A DNA stretch of 33,597 bases, taken from NCBI GenBank assembly GCA_043381765.1, contig JBHJMP010001080.1, positions 1 to 33,597 on the forward strand, in the 5' to 3' direction. A program made the position numbers and the translations under genes. The notes under the pieces are model-generated. The model ran no database searches. It worked only from the letters and a program-made list of their open reading frames with translations, and was not told where the DNA came from. This DNA is from Collodictyon triciliatum (Eukaryota). Within the stretch, counting starts at the first letter, position 1. Every line of letters begins with the position of its first letter. Shown here piece after piece: positions 14,606 through 26,401 of the stretch.

Positions 14606-15135
14606 AGCACCAGTTTTCTCTTTTCAAAAGAATAATGTGAGAAAAATGAAAAAAGACCTCACCTAGCACGCAGCACGGCAACAGAGTTTATAAATCTTCA
14701 ATTCAAGTAAATCGTGAAAGGTTGTCTCCCTCTTATTTATTTTTTTTTTATTTGAAACGAAGCCAAAGTCTATTTTCTAGCGAATGCCATCCAAAAACTC
14801 CCTAGAAGCGATTTTTTTTATTTTATTTTTTTATTTGCAGCACTCTACTCACACCTCCTTGTTTTCGTGACACTGTTGAGTTCAAAGCCGATTTCTTGCG
14901 CTGCTTCTTCCTGTTTCATCCTGAAAGCTGCTTTTTCTTCTCTTTTTTTATTCTACAACGCAACACCGCACAGCCTCGATATACCTGGAAAACATGAAAA
15001 GACGTAGCGATCATTCAAGATAACCACACAAAACATCTGGCTGCATGGTTTCTTTTACAACTGGGAGAGAAGGACAACAAAGAGTTTTCTATAGTGTCTG
15101 TTTTCTAACACGCTTACACAGCAAAGGCGCAGAGA

Positions 15136-17333
15136 ATGGCTGATTCACCTGACCGCAGCGTCTCACGAGTGGCTTATGTAACTGGTGCGACTGGTTTCCT
15201 GGGCCTGAACATCGTGGAGCAACTGCTTGAGAAAGGCTGGAAAGTCTATGCTTTGCATCGCACTTCGTCCCCAGTGAAGCACCTGCAGGCTCTGGGCCAA
15301 GCAGGGTTTTCCGGAAGTCTGACTGAGGTTATTGGTGACATAACAGACATCGAATCCCTGCGCCGGACGCTTCCTGAAAACGTCGATGCTGTCTTTCATG
15401 TTGCTGCAGACACAAACATGTGGTCGGGAAACAATGATCGGCAGGTCTGTGTTCTGCTGATGCGATGTTCTTGTCTGTGTCCACAGCACACTATTTAGTT
15501 TGTGGGGTCTAAAGACGATTCTTCATATTCATGGTGACTTTGTTTTGACTTGTTTTTGACTATACCTGCTTCTTTTTTCCGTCACGGTCTGGCATTCCCA
15601 TTTAGCATTACATGTGATTGGCCTTTCATACGCATATGTTACTTTGTCTCGCAAGTTTGAAAGAGTAATCCTATCATTCGTCAACACAAGACTAGAATTA
15701 ACGTCGACGGGACTAGAAATGTTGTCGCTGTTTGTTTGGAGAAGAAAGCCAAGAAACTCATACACACTTCGTCTATCTCAGGTATTCACCTCCTCCATTA
15801 TGTGAATATAAATACATAGTAATATACGTGTATGAGTTCGTATCTTAAATAACTTCGTTTTACTTCTACTTTATGATTTGCATCAGAGTGAAAAAAAATT
15901 ACCTTAGACATCCTGAAAGAATGCTCGTGGATATGGATGATACACTTGTCTAAATATACTAATGTCTTATTCACAAAATTTCTGAAAGCTTATTGCCAGC
16001 TACACAAAACCACCCCGATTGTTGAGACAGACGAGAAACTTGGGTCTCGCTTTTGGGTCAACTACCATCGCACTAAACACCTGGCTGAGGAGGAGGTGTT
16101 CAAGGGGATTGAACAAGGCCTTTATGCTGTGCTGCTTAATCCGTGTCATATAGTCGGTAAATGCGCTTATGTCCTTAAAGCTTTTGAGATTTACCAATAA
16201 CAATGAATGTTAGTAGGAGAAAGACCATACCCATACACTTTAGTTGGTGAACACACCAGCTCTTCACTACAAGCCAATATGGCATTTATAGCTAACCCAT
16301 ACCATCTTCTTCGAAAGGCAAATATGACACGTCTTCATGGGCACGCCTCTTTATTATGGTCCATAACCAATCCCTTCCGGGGATTGGAAGTGGTGGCGGG
16401 AACTTTTGCCATGGAGCTGAAGTTGCCAGGGCTCACATTGAAGCTGTCGATAAGGGCCGCAGCGGAGAGAATTATATTCTTGGTGGTAAGGGGGTGCATT
16501 AAAATCGCGATTTTCTCGATTTTTTTTTTGAAAAAAAAACAACAAAATATTTAAAATGATGAAGAATGATCATGTTCTTGCATACATGAGCAATCTTTGA
16601 GTCTAAAGAAATGTGATAGAACATTAATCATTTACATTTCTCCTTTCTTCAAGCTGTTTTCTTTTCTTTTTTATTTGTATTTGGATAACAGAGTGAAAAA
16701 CTGTGTATGTTTTGTTGAATGTCTCTTGCTTGCTTTAGGGCCGACTTTGCCTATGGCAGAATTCGTCCGTCGGATTGCCGCTGCTGATGGCGTCGATTAC
16801 AACCCACGGGTCTTTCCAGATTTTCTTCTGCAAGCTTATGGATCAATCAACGGATTTTTTTCATGGTCAAAATCCTCCTTTTTGGCTTCTTCATTTTGGA
16901 ACATGTTTATCTTTTGCTCATAGCCTCCATTTTTGAGACACCATGCAGACCCATCATTCGTTGAATACATGAAATTGTGTTCTATCCTCTCCTTCCCTTT
17001 TTTATTCTTTATTTCTCTATTTCTTTATTTCTTTATTTCTTTATTTCTTTATTTCTTTATTTCTTTTCGACTTCACATCCAGAGAAATCGGTGCTTCCTA
17101 TTCCCATAGACAACAATGGCTGGATAACAACGCATATTAACCACAATTGCGCAAACAGGTTCACCCAGAGAGAACCCGAGGTCACACCCGAGACTGCATC
17201 TATGATGGCGCATCGCTACGAAGTAGACTCCTCAAAGGCCCGCGCTGAGTTGGGATACAACGACAGTTGCGACGTGGACAACAGCATCCGCGAGTCCATA
17301 GAGTTTCTCAAGCAGGAAGGTCTCTGGCGCTAA
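15136..17333 (+). CDS. NAD(P)-dependent epimerase/dehydratase, extended SDR (dihydroflavonol reductase/HpnA-like), 6 exons, about 345 aa
   Basis: Exons 15136-15444, 15691-15781, 15989-16156, 16318-16485, 16739-16865 and 17159-17333 join in frame (1038 nt). Motifs: VTGATGFLG, VFHVAA, INVDGTRNV, IHTSSIS, YHRTK (YxxxK), LNPCHIVG, GRSGENYILGG, DSSKARAELGY. Confidence 0.92.
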
Positions 17334-17608
17334 GCCCTAATTCGCAGGTTGTTCTAATCTGGAACATACAGCCGATTAAAAAAGAAGCAACCCAGATCAC
17401 AACGCTGATGTCCCGATCTGGAGTGATCTGACTTGATCTCATTTAATGATCACATAAACCCAGAGAGCACCACTCTCGCCAGCTATTATCTGTGGGAGAA
17501 CAGTTTGTGCAACATAGGAGAAAAGGAAAGAAAGAGAGAGAAACGAGTTTGTCAGCTGGCTGATCAGCGATTCTTCTTACTCTTCCAGATTTGTTTTGAG
17601 AGAGAGTC

Positions 17609-18510
17609 ATGGCCGATCCAATCAACGTCAAGGCGATCGATGTGAGCCCANNNNNNNNNNNNNNNNNNNNNNNNNNNNNNNNNNNNNNNNNNNNNNNNNN
17701 NNNNNNNNNNNNNNNNNNNNNNNNNNNNNNNNNNNNNNNNNNNNNNNNNNNNNNNNNNNNNNNNNNNNNNNNNNNNNNNNNNNNNNNNNNNNNNNNNNNN
17801 NNNNNNNNNNNNNNNNNNNNNNNNNNNNNNNNNNNNNNNNNNNNNNNNNNNNNNNNNNNNNNNNNNNNNNNNNNNNNNNNNNNNNNNNNNNNNNNNNNNN
17901 NNNNNNNNNNNNNNNNNNNNNNNNNNNNNNNNNNNNNNNNNNNNNNNNNNNNNNNNNNNNNNNNNNNNNNNNNNNNNNNNNNNNNNNNNNNNNNNNNNNN
18001 NNNNNNNNNNNNNNNNNNNNNNNNNNNNNNNNNNNNNNNNNNNNNNNNNNNNNNNNNNNNNNNNNNNNNNNNNNNNNNNNNNNNNNNNNNNNNNNNNNNN
18101 NNNNNNNNNNNNNNNNNNNNNNNNNNNNNNNNNNNNNNNNNNNNNNNNNNNNNNNNNNNNNNNNNNNNNNNNNNNNNNNNNNNNNNNNNNNNNNNNNNNN
18201 NNNNNNNNNNNNNNNNNNNNNNNNNNNNNNNNNNNNNNNNNNNNNNNNNNNNNNNNNNNNNNNNNNNNNNNNNNNNNNNNNNNNNNNNNNNNNNNNNNNN
18301 NNNNNNNNNNNNNNNNNNNNNNNNNNNNNNNNNNNNNNNNNNNNNNNNNNNNNNNNNNNNNNNNNNNNNNNNNNNNNNNNNNNNNNNNNNNNNNNNNNNN
18401 NNNNNNNNNNNNNNNNNNNNNNNNNNNNNNNNNNNNNNNNNNNGGTGAGCGACGTATCGAAAGGCCGCGATGGAAGCCTCCAGCGCAATATCTTCAATCC
18501 GCTCGAATAA
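17609..18510 (+). CDS. Small protein spanning the assembly gap, possibly an ASF1-like-fold family
   Basis: MADPINVKAIDVSP precedes the gap and VSDVSKGRDGSLQRNIFNPLE* follows it. The termini resemble protist ASF1-like proteins ending in R.I(F/Y)NPLE (from memory, unverified). The middle of the gene is not visible. Confidence 0.45.
17651..18443. other. Assembly gap (793 N)
   Basis: Run of N. Confidence 1.
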
Positions 18511-19091
18511 AGAGACCAAGTTGGTCATTAGTAGCCATCCAAAATAAAAGAACTGAAGCAAAATTGGACAGCACCAGGAATGAGACGCCCTTGTACCAAA
18601 CCCGAAGATATATGTGATATGGATATATGTGTGTTTATAGAATGTGTTTTTTTTTGAGTGCCATCGAGTATTTCTGCATGTGCGTAAAGGGTTAAATAAA
18701 GTAAAAAATCAGTCTGTGTGCGACGTTAGAATTTCCTTCGTTCTCCACCCAATATGAGGCGCGCGAGTCTGTCATCGTCGATATTGCAAGCATTTTACCC
18801 AAAGCGCAGGAGAATGGGAGGGAACACCGAGTTGAATAGAGGAAGAGATATGCCGAAGCGGTGTTCACATTCGATACTGTCATGTTACATTCTTGAAAGA
18901 GGAAACGCCCGTTTCTTCGAGGATGCATCACCTACAGAATATAACGTATTTAGGCTACATACATTCATACATATAAAAAAAAAAAGACAGGAATGGGACG
19001 AGCGTTTAATGTTCCGTTGTTAGAAATTTCCAACTTTTGTCGATGCCATAATGGAAATATATATAAGTGAGTCGAAAGTGGGGATGGTAAG

Positions 19092-21105
19092 TCAGAGGCT
19101 CCATGTGCTACCTCCTCCAACCACATATGTGAAATCGAGCGGGTCTGAGAAGTTGCGGCCATCATTAGTCACGCGCACTTGGGCCTGGATTTCGGTCCCT
19201 GGGGGAAACGGTCCACCCGGACAAGGTGGGGCCTGGAAGAATGAGACGCAGTCTGAATAGAGGTCGATGTCTGTGGCCCTTGCTGTGCCGTGAGGTGTGG
19301 TGAACAGTACGCTGAAGTAGGGGCCTGTGATGAACGGGCTTCCAATAACGTGCATGGTCACACCGCCTTCGACGGGTCCGCTGTTGCAGCTCAATGTGCG
19401 GAGTTTCACGTTTCCTGAAGATGCACAAAACAATTAGAAGGCAGAGATAACTCAAGGTAGGTCACAAAAAAGAAAAAATGAAACGAAAAAGAATCAGAGA
19501 CAGAAACAGAAGCAGAAAAAAATGTTATATTCAAAGTACTGCGTCGTTCCAGAACTTTCTTGTGGGAGTAAGTGTAAAAGGAGCGCGTAAGCTTTCGAAA
19601 AATCGGCATCATCGGGTCTCCTCCAAGAATTGTCAGACATAAGCAAAAATCTCGCTCATTATGCTTTGCAGAGGCCTCGGATATGTTAAGATTATTGAAC
19701 ATAAATACACCTAATTTTTCCAGAGTTGAAGTAGTTAGTGGTGAAACACATGCGAATATAAGGATACAGACTCTTCCTTTAAATCTTTCGTTCAAACTAA
19801 ATATTGATTCCAGAGTCAAACAACTGATAGAAAAGCTTGTATAAAATCGTATATGGGTTTCATTCTTATCCTTATACAATGGCGTTGAAGTGAGATGGAA
19901 CCGGCAGTTAATTATAAAGAAAACTGACCGTTAGATTGCACATTCACAATCGTGGTTCCACCAAGAATTCTATCACCAGCAGGAACAGTCTGAGGTGCAT
20001 CCGAGACTTCACTTGGAGCATAGCACAACTCTGCTTTCACCAAAAGCTGTGTTTCAGGCAAAATACTCCGTCCAATGACAGACCCGATGACAGAGAAATT
20101 TCTAATGAGGTTTCATACGTGTTTTTATTATTATCAATTCACCAACAATAGTATCAATAATTATGATATCAATCACGACAATAAAGTAGGACTATTCCAT
20201 AAAATGGCTTTCCAGAAGGAAACCCCGAATCGAGACACAACTCCACCAAGGAAATAATCATTTAAATATGCATATCATCATAACGGACAAGTATGAATGG
20301 GTTTCACTTCAATCTTCATAAACAAATCAAATTTTCATAAAATACTTCGATGGGGGTGGTAGGTATAACACAGATATGTGTATATATATATAAATGGTGG
20401 CAACTAAAACAAAGACAAGAGAACCAATCCCGACAAAACAGGGCAGAGCACCTGACTTCACGAGGCGTCCTCGTCCTGACCTCGACCGGGGGTTGCGTGT
20501 CGAGAAGGATGTCCAGGTCGGAGCGAAGGGCAGACAAGTCAAGGGTTTGCGCAGTCATGGAGAGGGGCGACTGGAAGGCAGCAGCAGAGGACAGGCCTTG
20601 TAGAGCCGCAGCCCGAGTGTCCTGATGCAGCAGATGAGCGTGCTGGAAGTGTGTGAGTGAGGCGGGTGATGACCCCATTGCCCGGGACGTAGCCATCTGC
20701 ATCGGCACGGGCATTGCAACTGCCAGTGGGTGCTGCGAGACGTTTCCGTTTCCGTTTCCATTTCCAATTATACTTACACTTGCACTCACACTGGGGTTGA
20801 GAATGGTGTTTGGATTCGCATTTGCATTCGCACCCGCGGAGGGCGTCCGCCCGACTCCGAAGCGCGCATTGCACGCTGTGATGACGGGGTCCTGCGTGTG
20901 GCCGGAGGCAAAGGGCTCCTGCTTGATGAGGGCCGATTGCACCAGATGTGCGTGCAGCATGGTTGGGTGCGGCTGTGCATAGAAGGTGTGTGGCGCAGAG
21001 GCCGACTGCGCGGGCGGGGCGAGTCGCATGCTGTGGCCGAGGGTGTGGTTTGTCTGCATCATAGATGGGTATGCTGCGTTTAGCGACTGCTGTTGTTGCT
21101 GTTGC

Positions 21106-21145
<40 letters not shown>

Positions 21146-21323
21146 GCTGTTGTTGTTGCTGCTGCTGTTGATAGTTTGCGAGGTTGGCTTCGTCGTGCAG
21201 GATCGAGTCGTCGCTCTGCTGGCTTTGGTCTGGCGACACGTAGTTGTCTCCCATGTGCGTGTATGACATGCCTTGGTTGAACAGCTCGCCGGAGTTGTCG
21301 GGGCGCAGCATGTTTTGTGACAT
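19092..21323 (-). CDS. Putative transcription factor: polyQ/low-complexity N-terminus, beta-sandwich-type central domain, C-terminal IPT/TIG domain
   Basis: Exons 21323-20452, 20101-19929, 19710-19540 and 19414-19092 join in frame: LLDTQPPVEVRTRTPREVRNFSV...FNNLNISEASAKHNERDFCL...FYTYSHKKVLERRRNVKLRTLSCNSGPVEGGVTMHVIGSPF...VRVTNDGRNFSDPLDFTY. The last part fits an IPT/TIG pattern. An optional extra 3' exon (acceptor near 18932) would move the stop to 18885. Confidence 0.78.
21089..21170 (-). repeat. Coding CAA/CAG polyglutamine tract (about 28 Q)
   Basis: (tgt/tgc)n on the + strand, in frame in exon 1 of the IPT/TIG gene. Confidence 0.9.
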
Positions 21324-22115
21324 GGTTGTGCTGTTCGGCTTTTGTGGTGGGCTGGCTTGGGGCTTTGTAAAGACAGAAAAGAGAAGAGAAAAGAAAGAGA
21401 AGACAAGAGAAGACAGGAGAAAAAAGAAAGTTAATGAAAGTGTGTTGGTGGCTAGAATACATTATTTACGAGTCGTCACTTTTGGTTCAGTTCTATTCCT
21501 TCTCTCGCTCACTCCCCCGTTGCTTTTTTTTTTTTGGTTTTGGTTTTGGTTCCTGTGCATAAGACAAATGGCAGCGATGCTGGGATCGAATCGATCGCTC
21601 CGGCTTCGAATCCTGACGAAGTGAGCGACAAGATCGATCTCTTGGGACTATTTGTCTCTTCACTTTGCTTGTGGTTCGTTGCCTTGGACTTTATGCGATC
21701 GGTGTGCGTTTCTTCCGTTTCATGTTTTTTTTTTCTGTTCCTTTTGTTTTTCCGTTCAATCGGGAGATGGCAGTGCGCGACTTGCTTGTGCCGCTTTGCA
21801 AAGGGGGAAAACTGCAGCAACTGTGATGGCTTGTGATTGGGGAATTTGAATGACTGATTTCCATGGTGCAGATATTATACCTTATTTACCTCATTGTAAT
21901 GAATGTTCAGTTGGATTCTACATTTGTGGAATCTATAATGTGTGCATCATATAGAGCTTTCTGTGGCGGCCTATTTTTGGAATTCGTAGAAACCAAGATA
22001 ATTAAGGGTATTTGACGATGACAAATAGCCTTATTTGTATATAAATACTATATTATTTCCATAGAATTAATAATGCTATATTTAAAGTACATTTTTCTTA
22101 ATATGGAATTTTTAG

Positions 22116-23113
22116 ATCCCGACTCGAAAAGTCCGGACTCAAGGAACTCGGGTGTGACCACAAAATCTATGCTATATAAACATGTACCTTTACCTTCCTA
22201 TATAAACTTCAGCAAGTCTGTGTAGTATCGGAAATCACGATAAACAGAAGATCATCACCGGACAAATCGAACCCGACGGACATCGAGAATCGCGGCAGAG
22301 CAGAAGAAGGGACACGACGGCGGCAGGCTGATGTGAGGGAAGACCACAGGCACACCACCAACAGAGCCCGGCAGATCCGAGGTAATACAACAAAGCCCAT
22401 TGACGCAGTACCACTATAATCTTTCGCTGCTCGGGAACCAATCAATACCAGCACAAATAGGCTGTTGCAGCATCTCAATAGTGGCTCTGTGACTCCCTAA
22501 CTGTGCAATAGAGAGTGCTGGCAGGACGTGGGGAGACGTCAAGTCTCTTCTCGGGCTGTCAGCAGGCTGACATACCAGGTGGAAGCCGCCTCGAAGCCAG
22601 AGTGACTGGTCTAGACCTATGGCTTACCACTTCTACAGCCCAGCAACAGACAAAATCGATATTCCCATCGCCCTGTGTGTTTCAGCTGCAGTCTCTAGTC
22701 TCTCCATCTTGTGCCCCACAAGTAACTTTTTTTTTTGTAACTCTGTAGTTGCCCCCCTGACTTGCCACACGCAGCACGTGACGGAGCATGACATGGTAAG
22801 GCTCCACACACACACACGCTACCCTGCTTACTTGCCCACCAAACCTGCGTCCACACTGAAACAGTCAGCCGACTTCGATGGCTGTGGAGCCAGCAATGGT
22901 ATCCTTGTTCAAGTGCACGCTAGATCAAACACCGGATACGCTATGGCAGTTTCCCTTGGGCGCTCCTCTGCGGAGGAGTTAGCCCCGTGGGACCCAGCTA
23001 CGAAAACAAACCGGACATTCAAACCAATCGGTGCCCCACCGAGAGTGAACCGCCCTCTTTCACGTCTACCTCCTCCCTTGCTCTCTTGTAACGTCTTCCC
23101 CACTATCGCTTAG
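22116..23113 (+). other. Possible spliced + strand transcript or unknown small gene
   Basis: GC-elevated blocks bounded by AG/GT sites (tttag|atcc ~22116, cgag|gtaata ~22381, ctgacataccag| ~22578, caa|gtaact ~22721, atg|gtaagg ~22795, aaacag| ~22865) and a 164-codon ORF at 22619-23113. No recognisable domain and no clean spliced frame. Confidence 0.25.
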
Positions 23114-23243
23114 GGTCTGCCCCCGCTCCTGGAGTGACACCGTGGGAACCCCAGAATCAGCGCAACATAGAATAAACCGAGCAAAGCGATTGAAAATTGA
23201 GGCGTGTTGGTTTCTCGCGGACTTTATTTTGCACAGGGTTGTG

Positions 23244-24564
23244 TTATGAGGGCGACTTTGGGACGCGGTGTGGGAAGCGAGACCTGTAGAGCTCGGACTC
23301 GAGCGGCGACTTGTCGATGTTTGGCCGCGGGGTGGTGACGGTGGGGTGGAGGTCTTCTCTGGCGGGAGTTGCAGGGTGTTGCAGGAGCGCGCGCGGAGTG
23401 GGTGCCAGCACGCGCACGGGGGAGCGGAGCTGAAGGAGGCTCTCCTGCCTGCGGATCTCGCGCTGGGAAACGTAGGGGACGTCGTCGCTGTCTGCGCTGT
23501 GTGGCTCCGTCTCTGTGGCTGTGGCTGTGGCTGTCTCTGTGGCTGTGGCTGTGGCTGTGGGGCGGAGCCTGCGGTGCTCGAGGAGGAGCTCTGCATGGAG
23601 GGCGCGGAGGCGTGTGTGGTGTGCGCGGAGGGCGTGGAGGTGTGCGCGTGCGGCGTCGCGTGCGGCGTGAGCGGTGTGGTGGGCGGCGTGAGCGGCGTGA
23701 GCGGCGTGTGCGAGGCGCGTGCGGAGCTCTTGTGCGCGGTCGTGGAGGGCGGCGCGGCGTGCGGCGTGTGCGGCGGCGGTGTGGCGGAGGAAGCGCAGGC
23801 GCTCGTGCAGGCGGGCGTGGGTGTGGCGCAGCAGGTGGGTGTGGCGGGCCAGGGCGGCGCGGTCGGCGTGTGCGGCGGCGGTGTGCGCGTGGAGCAGGAG
23901 GGCGGCCTGGTGGTGCTCGGCGCGGCGCACCCACGCCCCGTGCGCGGCCCCCACCAGGTGTGCAAGGCGCTCGGCCAGGCGCACGCGGTGCAGCTCCAGC
24001 GTCTCCGTGGCGGCGCCCGTCTCGTCCAGCGCCAGGTGCACCACGCGCCGCAGATGCTCGTCCGCCAGCCGCCCCGCCGCAAGGGCCCCGCACTCCTGCC
24101 GCACCAGCGCCTCCGCCAGCGCCCCGCCCCCGCCCCCGTCCAGCCGCAGGAAGTTCTCCGGCACCAGCCCCACCTCCCCCCGGCACACCCCCACCCACCA
24201 CCCGATCTCGTCCCGCTGCGACACAAGCACCACGTCCCCGCGGTCCACACGCAGGTCGTCCGGCCCCTCCCCCGCGTAGTCCGCCGCCACCTCTGCGATC
24301 TGCCCCGCTGCCGTCAGTCTGCTTGCGTCGGGAAAGGGGAAAAGGGAAAAGGGAAAAGGGAAAAAGGATCGCTCCATACCTGGAATGTGCCTGCCGCTGC
24401 CAACGTCCGCGTCGGTGGGATCGGCTCCGCTTCTGCTTGCATTGCTGTGTGTCCCGTCTGCTCGGCGTCCTTTTTGCTTTTTGCTTGTTTTCTTTTCGGC
24501 GTTCTGATTGGATCTGCGTTCGTGGAATTCGGGCAGATTGCAAACGGGCGATTTATCCTCGTGC

Positions 24565-24600
<36 letters not shown>

Positions 24601-24657
24601 GGGGGGTTGTTTTTTTTTTTTTTTTTTTCTTTCTCCGGGGGGCGGCTTTGGGGGGGN

Positions 24658-24692
<35 letters not shown>

Positions 24693-26368
24693 TTTTTTTT
24701 TTTTTTGTGGGGGGCTTGTAGGATTAGAATCACTGCTCCTCGACAGGCGGCCACTTTGGTGGTGGGCTCGGGTTCTTGCCCTGTGAAATTGTGTGCGCGG
24801 CTATTTTCCTTGGGAAGTCTGAGATGATGCCGTGGATGATGCCGGTGAGTTCGTCGCGCTCCTTCTTTTCTTGCTCCAACGCCTCTGTCTGCGGGTTCTG
24901 CTCCAGTTTGATGCTGCGCTGAATCTCGTGGAACTTGACCATGGAAGTGGAAAACTGTCCCGTGTAGCATATCAGTAGGGTGTTCTTTTTTCTTTTTTTC
25001 CCCCCTTTTCCCCTTTTTTCCCTTTTTTCCCTTTTTTCCCTTTTTTTCCCTTTTTTTCCCTTTTTTTTTCCTTTTTTTTCCTTTTTTTTTCTATACCTTC
25101 GAGAAAGCAGGGTCAATGTCGACAAGACGTGTCTGAGTGTTGTGCAGTGATTCTCCGAGGGGCGTTGCCTTGTCGGGCACTGAGCCTGTTTGTGCAAGGG
25201 CGCCATCTTGACCCGTGGGTGGCAGAGACACAACTTGGCTCTCAGCAGTGTTGAAGTGTGGCTCTCCAGTGTTTGCAGGGTCGTGGGTCTCTTGACTTGC
25301 AGACAACTCAATGTCCCCAGTGGCAGAGTCCGTCGGGTGCTCGATATGTGGGATGAGCTCGCTGCGATTCAGATGGATCCGCTCCAAGGCCAGGTGGTAC
25401 AGTTGTCGCTTCTCCTCGTCATTAGCCTCAAAGGATGGCAGCCACTCTGCTCCGTTCCCGTTCTCTGTATGTCGTATGTATATGCACATAGATTAGCTAT
25501 CGTCCATAATGCCTGTGCTTGTACCTTGTAGCTTTTAGTGCTGGCTTACGGGCATATTTTGGAATGTGGACGGGGCGTCCTTCGAATCTAGGAAATAGGC
25601 AGCGCACGAGGGGGCTAGTTGGATGGTGCTCCGTATTTTTAGCTTTTTTTTTTGTTATCTTTTCTCATTATTACTGTGATCATCTTTTAAAAAAAAAATA
25701 CTACTTGTCCAGCGAATCAGTTTAGGAAAGAGAATTTATGTTTGTGTATGAGTTAAAGTAGTTCGTATATGGCCTTGCAATATGAATAAAATTCGAAAGT
25801 GTGAATCATGTTGGATAAGGAAGTAATTTATTCATTTATTTTGGTCTTGATTTATCCTTTATTTGATAATGATAATTTTTTTTTGTGTGTGCTTGTGGTC
25901 TCTCTTTTTTTTAATAATATATAATGAAATCGAAATAAAAACATGAAAAAAAAAACACCTTGTTCCATAGAATTTGTGCAGAATGCTGCGCTCTTGAAAT
26001 CGGTTCGGAGCAGAAGCCAGCCTCATGGCTTCATTGGTGGCTACGAACGTACAGAAAATTTAAATAGCATACAAAATTCATCTAACTTAAATATATCGTA
26101 GTTTATCTATTGTGGTCGTCTTTGATATTGTCCTACACTCCCCTTTCATACCATGGAAGGAATACTAAAAGAGTACATGCAGAGAAAGGAATATTATGGA
26201 CATTTGAAAGCACTTCTGTAGGAATTATTACATTCAACTAAGCTGATGTGGACGTAGTATTTATCTGGGTCGATTATATTGACCAGTGTATCATCCATCA
26301 ACTGAAGCATGTAAGCACCTTCCTTCACTTTAATCCACTTTGGATAATTTTTTCTAAACACGGCCTGA

Positions 26369-26401
<33 letters not shown>

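Noticed and set aside
17443-18561. ORFs of about 280-370 aa across the gap
   Set aside because: They are artefacts of translating N runs.
18750-18787. SECIS element (ATGA...GA)
   Set aside because: The spacing is too short (22 nt) and there is no apical AA motif.
23066-24827. Overlapping long ORFs on both strands
   Set aside because: These are shadow ORFs caused by high GC; only the SH3-encoding frame is protein-like.
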